Shown here: positions 57,045 to 64,000 of the stretch, piece after piece | Position numbering within the stretch: the first letter of the stretch is position 1 | Layout: each line of letters starts with the position of its first letter | From: a virus | Reading direction: 5' to 3' (one strand) | Virus record (IMG/VR): IMGVR_UViG_3300021963_000062 | Location: 1-64,000 of that record | DNA: 64,000 nucleotides | Program-made: the position numbers and the translations under genes | Notes under the pieces: generated by a model | Database searches by the model: none | Told to the model about the DNA's origin: nothing | What the model saw: only the letters and a program-made list of their open reading frames with translations

Positions 57045-57899
57045 TCAGAGAACTTCCCAACCCTCACAATAAAGGTCACTAGTATCTTTATCTGCATAAG
57101 AAGGACCAAACCACATTTTAGGTGCTACAATTTTACCAGCACCATTCTGCAACCAGGCACCCCACCAAGATAGTGAAGAGTTTGCGATAATACCACCTTT
57201 ACAATTAGCCATGATGCAGAGATCGACATAAGGAGTATAGGATCCATCGGGGTACTTTTCTTCTGGAGTAGAAACGTAGAAACGATCTGGTTTGAAAAGT
57301 TCTTGTTCCAGAACCCACTCGGGAGAATCTGAGACAACTACTACTTCTTGATCTTCGGGGAAAAGTGCAAGGGCTTTCTCATAATACTCTAGTGGTTGAG
57401 GAGGATGTTGATCAGAGCATTTGGTATAAGACCACTCAAATCCACGAGCATCCACAAGGTTAGGATCTCCACGACGAACATGGAGAAAGATAGGATCCTT
57501 AAGTTCACTAAGAAATCCTTTTACTGGAACACTTAAATCATCATGAAATGTAAAATCTTTACGAATCTCATCTTTAATATGTGCAAAATATTTTTCCGTC
57601 TGGAAGAATCCATGAATGGAAACATCATTTGGACAAAGATCTAGAAGTTCTTTATCAAAGTGATATTGTTTTTCAGCAACAATAGGAGCGAAACCACGAT
57701 CAAGCAAATACAAATTTGTTGATTTTACAGACTCAAGAGTAAAACAATTTGCTAGACTATAATTATCAATTCGTCTTTCACCAAAAGGTGGGATGCACCA
57801 ATCATAACCTTTAGCGGCTGCAATACCTCTAAGAGCCGCATACTGAAACATTTGGTTGCCTAAGCGACCATTATTTCCAAGTTCGTTAAACGCTAACAT
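57045..57899 (-). CDS. Alpha-1,2-fucosyltransferase family (GT11)
   Basis: GRLGNQMFQYA, HVRRGD, IIANSSLSWWGAWL. Confidence 0.9.
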   Translation of the reverse strand: MLAFNELGNNGRLGNQMFQYAALRGIAAAKGYDWCIPPFGERRIDNYSLANCFTLESVKSTNLYLLDRGFAPIVAEKQYHFDKELLDLCPNDVSIHGFFQTEKYFAHIKDEIRKDFTFHDDLSVPVKGFLSELKDPIFLHVRRGDPNLVDARGFEWSYTKCSDQHPPQPLEYYEKALALFPEDQEVVVVSDSPEWVLEQELFKPDRFYVSTPEEKYPDGSYTPYVDLCIMANCKGGIIANSSLSWWGAWLQNGAGKIVAPKMWFGPSYADKDTSDLYCEGWEVL

Positions 57900-58707
57900 A
57901 AAGTTCTTTTCCTCTTTTTTTAATGTATTCTTGTTGACTATAATAAGATTTCAATTTACTTGGATCCCAAGTTCTAATATTTTGCCATAAATTATGATTA
58001 TCCATAAATTTAGGATTGTGGTAATGAGAATTGAAAGTTCTACCATGTTCAAAATGATATACATCATTATTAACTCTACCAACTTTGCATCCAAATGAAT
58101 TTAGTCTGTAGTAAAATTCACAGTCTTCTGCACCCCAAGAAATAAAATTTTCATTCCAAAGACCGACTTGGATTTCAACTTCTCTTTTTATCATTTGACC
58201 CCAACCAATAGAAGAGGCAACTCTAAATTTTGAATCAGTTAAAATACCAAAATCAAAATTAGAATCAAGAAATTGATTAAAAGTTGACTCAGAATAATTT
58301 ACAGCCCATTGATAGACTCCACACCCAAAAGGATACACTGCATCTGCGTTTCCAGATAATATTGCATCATAGGCAATATTATAACTTTTTTTGGGTAAAA
58401 CTATATCTACATCATGATTATAAACTATTTTTGTTTCTGAAGCAACCAACAAATCATTTAATATACGAGTTTTATGAAAAAACTTGTCATCGTTTTGTTC
58501 AAAAATATGAGTTAATTGATCAGTGTCAACATATTTTTTAATTACTGGAAGAGCCCTAAACCTAAAGTGAGAATGGGTATCAACCTCCTTTAATATTACT
58601 TTCGATTCTGGGAAATTTTTGAGGAGATATGTAACTGAAGTAATTACATTTTTAAGTCTATCTTCAGACTCAATACGACAAGGCAATAAGAATGTTAAAT
58701 CTTTCAT
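57886..58707 (-). CDS. GT-A glycosyltransferase (GT2/GT7-like)
   Basis: DRLKN, HDVD, NENFISWGAEDCE, HFEH. Confidence 0.8.
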   Translation of the reverse strand: MKDLTFLLPCRIESEDRLKNVITSVTYLLKNFPESKVILKEVDTHSHFRFRALPVIKKYVDTDQLTHIFEQNDDKFFHKTRILNDLLVASETKIVYNHDVDIVLPKKSYNIAYDAILSGNADAVYPFGCGVYQWAVNYSESTFNQFLDSNFDFGILTDSKFRVASSIGWGQMIKREVEIQVGLWNENFISWGAEDCEFYYRLNSFGCKVGRVNNDVYHFEHGRTFNSHYHNPKFMDNHNLWQNIRTWDPSKLKSYYSQQEYIKKRGKELYVSV

Positions 58708-59600
58708 GATTCTACTGGAATTGGAGATGGATCGTTGTGAATTTTGATCCACCTTTCAGGGATCATATCTTTCATATTGTAATGAGCATAAGCAGGCCCG
58801 AACCAGGGATCAGGAACAACAACTTTACCAGCATCACCCTGCAACCAGGCGCCCCACCAACTCAGAGAGGAGTTAGCAATAATCGCACCACCACACAGAC
58901 TCATGAGACAAAGGTCAATGTAGGGGACGGCAGCACCATCTCCGAAGGTCTCATAAGATGAGTCCGAGAAGTGGAACCTATCACCTTGTAGCCATTCTTG
59001 GCGTTTGCACCAATCAATAAGATCAGAAACAACAATCACATTCTTATCTTCTGGGAACTGTTTCAGAGCTTCAAGATAATAATCAACTTTACATAGTGGG
59101 TGGTATTCTTGCACCATCTGATAAGCCCACTTTTCGCCTCTCCGACCAGTAAGATTTGGAGAGCCGCGACGAACATGCAGGAAGATGCAATTATCCCTTC
59201 CGCCAAGAGAATCAACAAACTCTTGACACGGTTCCGAATACGACTTCTTAAAACGGAAATCCTCACGGATAGAGGAGGCAATGGCCTCAAAGTACCTTTC
59301 CGTTTGAAAGTTACCCGAAAAATTCGTATTGTCCTCGCAATTGTTGAAGATATCTTCATTGAAATGCATATCCCTATATTCTACAGTTTTGTAGAAGGGT
59401 TCTCCAGTGTTCTTATTTAGATCACAGTTTGTAAGTTCAAATGCATCAAACAAACCATAATTATCTAAACGATCTGCGTCTGGGCCTGGAATAACCCAGT
59501 CAAACCCACGATTCGCAGCAAGACCACGAATAAATGCGTATTGAAACATTTGGTTTCCAAGGCGCCCCTCATTACCAAGTCCTTTAAATGATACAGCCAT
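58704..59600 (-). CDS. Alpha-1,2-fucosyltransferase family (GT11)
   Basis: GRLGNQMFQYA, HVRRG, IIANSSLSWWGAWL. Confidence 0.9.
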   Translation of the reverse strand: MAVSFKGLGNEGRLGNQMFQYAFIRGLAANRGFDWVIPGPDADRLDNYGLFDAFELTNCDLNKNTGEPFYKTVEYRDMHFNEDIFNNCEDNTNFSGNFQTERYFEAIASSIREDFRFKKSYSEPCQEFVDSLGGRDNCIFLHVRRGSPNLTGRRGEKWAYQMVQEYHPLCKVDYYLEALKQFPEDKNVIVVSDLIDWCKRQEWLQGDRFHFSDSSYETFGDGAAVPYIDLCLMSLCGGAIIANSSLSWWGAWLQGDAGKVVVPDPWFGPAYAHYNMKDMIPERWIKIHNDPSPIPVES

Positions 59601-60460
59601 TACTTACTCCACTCTTGAATAGTCCAACGATCAGGCACAATGTCTGAGGTATCTAGGTGAGTCATTGCAGTACCAAACCACTTCTTAGGATCTGGTGCAA
59701 CTACCTTACCACGATCATTTTGCAACCATGCTCCCCACCAAGAGAAAGATGAGTTTGCAATGATAGCACCAGAACAAAGACTCATTAGGCACAGATCAAC
59801 CTGTGGCAAAAGAGTGTTCTGCATTTGTCCAGTACCATCAATAGTACGATATGTATATCTACCATTACTTTCATTAAACAGGAAGCGATCCTGTTTGAAG
59901 AATTCTTGAGACTTACACCAATCAATATCATCAGTGAAGACAAAACAAGGAGTGTCTTCTGGAAATTCCTTTAACGCATCTTCAAAATACGATATCGGGA
60001 GGATGGGATGGTATTCTTCTCTACCAATGTTGTCAGACTGACGAATGTGGAGAAAAATAGGACTCCGATCCAGGCTGTCAACATACTCAGAACAAGGTAA
60101 TAGGTAATCTTTTTTAAACTTGAAGTCCTCACGGATCTCCTGTGCAATGTGACTGAAGTACTTTTCCGTCTGATAATAACCATCTAAGCTCACATTGTCT
60201 GGACATTCTTCAAAGAACTCCGGAATAAAGCAATGGTCATTCTCTTGTATATATTGACCATTGACAAATCCAATGTTAGACTCCTTAACATTTGTCATCT
60301 CAAATGTTTCAAAGAGGCCATAATTGTCTTTATGATCATATGTATCTGGAGGAATAACCCAGTCATATCCTCGTTTTGCAGAAATACCTCTCAATGAGGC
60401 ATACTGAAACATCTGGTTACCCAAACGTCCATTACTTCCTAGCCTATTATAACCAATCAT
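59600..60460 (-). CDS. Alpha-1,2-fucosyltransferase family (GT11)
   Basis: GRLGNQMFQYA, HIRQSD, IIANSSFSWWGAWL. Confidence 0.88.
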   Translation of the reverse strand: MIGYNRLGSNGRLGNQMFQYASLRGISAKRGYDWVIPPDTYDHKDNYGLFETFEMTNVKESNIGFVNGQYIQENDHCFIPEFFEECPDNVSLDGYYQTEKYFSHIAQEIREDFKFKKDYLLPCSEYVDSLDRSPIFLHIRQSDNIGREEYHPILPISYFEDALKEFPEDTPCFVFTDDIDWCKSQEFFKQDRFLFNESNGRYTYRTIDGTGQMQNTLLPQVDLCLMSLCSGAIIANSSFSWWGAWLQNDRGKVVAPDPKKWFGTAMTHLDTSDIVPDRWTIQEWSK

Positions 60461-60501
60461 AAGTTACTTTTTAATCATTTTTTTATTTTAACAGACAAAA
60501 T

Positions 60502-61134
60502 TTAATTGTCAACTTCATAACAAAAAACAGATAATCCTATTTTATGTTTATGAGTATTACTAGATGAATGAAGTTGTCTTCTATTCCAAACTATACAATC
60601 TCCTGGATTCCATTCAACAATATTGTTAACAGTTAATCCATGCATATTTTCATATGGTAGATGTGAAAGATATTTTTCATATATTACCTTATCAAAAGGT
60701 TGATCATTATAATTCTTTATTTTAGAATAATCGGCAACTCTATCATCTCTTTTGTATGTGGATCCCCCACCATCATATATGTTTTTGCCTTTTACAAATT
60801 TAGAAGCGTTACCTTCCCAATAATTATCAAAAAATACTGTACTGCCACCATCAGAAACCAAAGGAAATAAGTATTGTATACTTGGTTTTAATTTACCATA
60901 TCCACTATCAACATGTACCTGAAAAATTCCTCTCCAAGTTTCTAAATAAAAAACTTCTTCTACTAAAGAATCAACTGTTTTTTCAATTATATATTGAGGC
61001 CAATCAGTAACATTCCAAATCGGATGTTTACTTGAAACGTTTTCGTTAGTTTCTTTTAGATTATCATCAGAATGATAAAAATCTAAAAGTTTTTTAATGT
61101 CTTCAGAAGATAATACATTTTTTAAGATATTCAT
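60502..61134 (-). CDS. Hypothetical protein, possible 2OG-Fe(II) oxygenase fold
   Basis: HVD..STVFF..WNPGDCIVWNRRQLHSS..K. Confidence 0.5.
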   Translation of the reverse strand: MNILKNVLSSEDIKKLLDFYHSDDNLKETNENVSSKHPIWNVTDWPQYIIEKTVDSLVEEVFYLETWRGIFQVHVDSGYGKLKPSIQYLFPLVSDGGSTVFFDNYWEGNASKFVKGKNIYDGGGSTYKRDDRVADYSKIKNYNDQPFDKVIYEKYLSHLPYENMHGLTVNNIVEWNPGDCIVWNRRQLHSSSNTHKHKIGLSVFCYEVDN

Positions 61135-61135
61135 C

Positions 61136-62278
61136 TTAAATATTAATTGACATTATACTAATATCTTTAGGTGGTTTACCAAATCTAACTTTGTCGCCAT
61201 ACTTCTCAGATAGATGGTCCAATTGTTTGATGATAGATTCAACGTCATCAATGTAAACGGTATAACCTTCATTCAGAAGATCTACACAAAGACGGTATTG
61301 TTGACTCTCGGTTAGAATATCAGTTCCTTTTTTATAGGAAACATATTCAAAATAAAATGGGCGACTATCCGTATTTTTCTTTAAGAAATACTTTTTGAGG
61401 AACTTTGCATGTTCATCATTAAAGTTATCAGTAGTCTCACCCAAATTATAATTCAAACCTTGTTTCTTTGCAAATGCAGCAAAGGATCGGTTATCTCTTG
61501 GAAGACATGGGCCACCAAACCCATATCCATAGTTCAAATATTTATTACCAACTCTAGAGTCGTTGCCGATGGCATTAAGAACGGTCTCAATCTCATTTTC
61601 CAAACCAGCCATGATCATTACTTCACCAACCATGTTTGCATAACTGATCTTAGTAGTCAGATAACAATTCACTGCGAGTTTAACAAGTTCTGCAGCAGTT
61701 GTTGACATGCAACTAATCTTTGGTTTGGTAACTTGAATCTTCTTATACATCTCAGATAGAGAATGCATAACTTCTTCATTATCACCACCGATCAGAACCA
61801 TATCTGCATGAGTAAGATCTTTAATGATGGATCCCTGTGCGATAAATTCTGGATTGTAAATAACACTTACACCATAAGACTTAAGTTGTTCTTGGAACCT
61901 TGCACAATCTCCTGGATTTGTAGTACATCCAACAACAAATGTCTTACCAGAAACATCACCAGCAGTTTGAATATCGCGGATGACATCATAGACTGCGTTT
62001 ACATTATAAGAACCATCATCTAAAGATGGAGTTGCAACAAGAGTAAAGATAATATTACACTCTCTGATAACTCTTTTATTATCAGTTGTCGCTTCAATGT
62101 TGCGAGCTTCTTTCAAGTGTTCTGCAACATGAGGTTCCGCAGTTTCTATGATTTTTTTATTGAGGTTTTCTACATAATCCTCACGAATGTCTGAGACCAG
62201 GACATCATATCCTGCATTCTCCATAAGGAGTGCAAGACAGATTCCCAGTCTCCCTGCGCCGATTAATCCTATTTTCAT
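61136..62278 (-). CDS. UDP-glucose/GDP-mannose 6-dehydrogenase family
   Basis: GAGRLG, VATPS, YNPEFIAQG, AELVKLAVN, GFGGPCLPRD. Confidence 0.92.
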   Translation of the reverse strand: MKIGLIGAGRLGICLALLMENAGYDVLVSDIREDYVENLNKKIIETAEPHVAEHLKEARNIEATTDNKRVIRECNIIFTLVATPSLDDGSYNVNAVYDVIRDIQTAGDVSGKTFVVGCTTNPGDCARFQEQLKSYGVSVIYNPEFIAQGSIIKDLTHADMVLIGGDNEEVMHSLSEMYKKIQVTKPKISCMSTTAAELVKLAVNCYLTTKISYANMVGEVMIMAGLENEIETVLNAIGNDSRVGNKYLNYGYGFGGPCLPRDNRSFAAFAKKQGLNYNLGETTDNFNDEHAKFLKKYFLKKNTDSRPFYFEYVSYKKGTDILTESQQYRLCVDLLNEGYTVYIDDVESIIKQLDHLSEKYGDKVRFGKPPKDISIMSINI

Positions 62279-63066
62279 AGCTTGAATGTGGGAATTTCTA
62301 CCATCTTATGTTTGTTTTGCATGTGAAACTTCTGATACACATTGATTGCATTAGTTTGTTCTTCATTGAATGTTAGTGGATCTTCTAAGAGACCCCTTTC
62401 CATAACCCACTCAAGAAGTGCATAAGAAGTTCCGATCTGATCTTCATCAGTTCTACCATCATCCCAAAGACCATCGGTGGGTGGTGCAGAAACAATTCTC
62501 TCATCTACACCTAGATGTTCACCAAGCATCCATACTTCAGTCTTGTAGAGATCTGCAATAGGAGCAATATCAATACCACCATCACCGTACTTAGTATAGA
62601 AACCTACACCATAATCTTCAACTTTATTACCAGTTCCTACGACAATACCATTAACTGTTGTGGCAACTTGGTACAAAGTTACCATACGAAGTCTTGAACG
62701 AGTATTGGCTTGTGCAAGTTTATTAGTTGCAAAATTTTCACCAATATCATTAGATATTGTTTGAAGGAAAGAATCATAGACCGAACTCATATCAGTCTTG
62801 ATAAACTTTACATTACTAAATTTTGACTCCAACCACTTACCATGAGCATCAGAAAGAGACTCCTGATTTTCAAGTTGATTAATAGGCATCCCAACAACGT
62901 AAGTTGGCATACCAGTCAAAGCACAAAGAGTAGAAACCACAGAGGAGTCAATTCCTCCAGAGATTCCTACTACAAGACTCTTAAGTTTAGGATGGGTGAT
63001 GCAATAATCGGAAATCCATTTTACAATCCGATCTTCCAACTCATCATAGTCTTTGATACGATTCAT
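62275..63066 (-). CDS. nadE: NH3-dependent NAD+ synthetase
   Basis: GISGGIDS, NTRSRLRM, GTGNKVE, GFYTKYGDG, PTDGLW. Confidence 0.93.
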   Translation of the reverse strand: MNRIKDYDELEDRIVKWISDYCITHPKLKSLVVGISGGIDSSVVSTLCALTGMPTYVVGMPINQLENQESLSDAHGKWLESKFSNVKFIKTDMSSVYDSFLQTISNDIGENFATNKLAQANTRSRLRMVTLYQVATTVNGIVVGTGNKVEDYGVGFYTKYGDGGIDIAPIADLYKTEVWMLGEHLGVDERIVSAPPTDGLWDDGRTDEDQIGTSYALLEWVMERGLLEDPLTFNEEQTNAINVYQKFHMQNKHKMVEIPTFKL

Positions 63067-63842
63067 CAGCTCTTTTCCTTTGCGAGAATTACAGTGTTTT
63101 CGTAATCTTTATGAGTAGTGAATTCAAAACGTTCACTCATTCTTTCAGTAAACTTATTATAGTAGAAATCATTAAAGTTGACAAGGTTGTAAATGATGTA
63201 AGCAAATTTAGAATCAGATACTAAATTGTCGTAATATTTTACTTGAGTATCATAGTCACACTCAGAGAGAGCGTAATTACTAATAAACAAATCAACATCT
63301 TTGATTTGTTCTACATCATCACAACTAACAAACTTACACTTTGAATAAAGTTCTGGGAAGTTTTTGAGATACTTTTCTTGAACTGCAACAGCTTCTGGAA
63401 GATCAACCAAAATATATTCATCAAAATCGCAGACCACACTCAAGGTCTTGCAAAGTCCACCGTACCCGCCACCAACTTCTACTACACGACTAATGGGAGA
63501 CTCCCCTAAGAGAGTTGCCATCTCAAATACATTCTTGATGTATCTGATTGTAGTGGGAGAGATTTTACCCGTTTCTGGATAAGAGAATTTATCAGGAGTT
63601 CCTATAGTATCATTCTCTTTAAATCCTTCTAGATTTTCTAGAAGTGCATCTCCAGCCATTTCCATAGCAATTTGAAGATACTCTGCACCCTGACGGGGGG
63701 TAACATGTTCTAGAATATTCTTGTACCCTTGCAGAGATTTAAACTTTGCAAAGATCTCATTATCTGCAACTGCACTACGACAAGTCTCCAGATAATCAAC
63801 TGCGATTTGTTCTTCGGCTTCCCAGCCCTTGTAAGTACTCAT
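63066..63842 (-). CDS. Putative sugar O-methyltransferase
   Basis: SPTTIRY, VEVGGGYGGL, VDLPE, DLFISNYALSE. Confidence 0.8.
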   Translation of the reverse strand: MSTYKGWEAEEQIAVDYLETCRSAVADNEIFAKFKSLQGYKNILEHVTPRQGAEYLQIAMEMAGDALLENLEGFKENDTIGTPDKFSYPETGKISPTTIRYIKNVFEMATLLGESPISRVVEVGGGYGGLCKTLSVVCDFDEYILVDLPEAVAVQEKYLKNFPELYSKCKFVSCDDVEQIKDVDLFISNYALSECDYDTQVKYYDNLVSDSKFAYIIYNLVNFNDFYYNKFTERMSERFEFTTHKDYENTVILAKEKS

Positions 63843-64000
63843 TTCCAGTAAGTCTCGTATAGGTAATCTTCTGCAACTTGCAGATTGTTTGCACGTTCAA
63901 AGTTATCCTTGATCGCATCCATTTTAGAATAATAAAGTTCTTCTGTCAAAGTAGAAACATCAAAGTCATCATCCAAGAATATAATACCATCCTCGTTGAA
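63839..64000 (-). CDS. C-terminal fragment of an ORF entering from beyond the window, probably glycosyltransferase-like
   Basis: FNEDGIIFL..LYYSKMDAIKDNFERA..EDYLY; stop overlaps the next ATG. Confidence 0.55.
   Translation of the reverse strand, partial: FNEDGIIFLDDDFDVSTLTEELYYSKMDAIKDNFERANNLQVAEDYLYETYWK

Overview
A 64-kb segment of a T4-like cyanophage (cyanomyovirus) genome, mostly minus-strand. A freshwater Synechococcus/Cyanobium-type host is my inference. From left to right: a baseplate/head-completion block (gp51, gp26, gp54-like, gp4, gp2, gp48, and a gp53 enlarged by a beta-propeller insert), then gp32, gp59, gp33, an exonuclease, phoH and thyX. Next comes a small-ORF locus with an NtcA-type site, two tandem glutamine-riboswitch-like motifs whose P2 loops each enclose an ORF, and DUF4278 genes. 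After speD, a glutaredoxin and an HNH nuclease there are six tandem GT25-like glycosyltransferases next to 2OG-Fe(II) oxygenases and three paralogous fibre-tip proteins. Further on are an amidinotransferase, a restriction-endonuclease-like/Mom-like/LOG three-gene operon, and psbD/psbA with a PhotoRC-II-like leader. The window ends in a large sugar-biosynthesis island (gmd, ColD-like enzyme, carbamoyltransferase, radical SAM pair, three GT11, UDP-sugar dehydrogenase, nadE, sugar O-methyltransferase) interrupted by peroxiredoxin, petF, hli and outer-membrane-protein genes. I saw no tRNA, CRISPR array or intron. All family calls come from motif recognition by eye, not from database searches.
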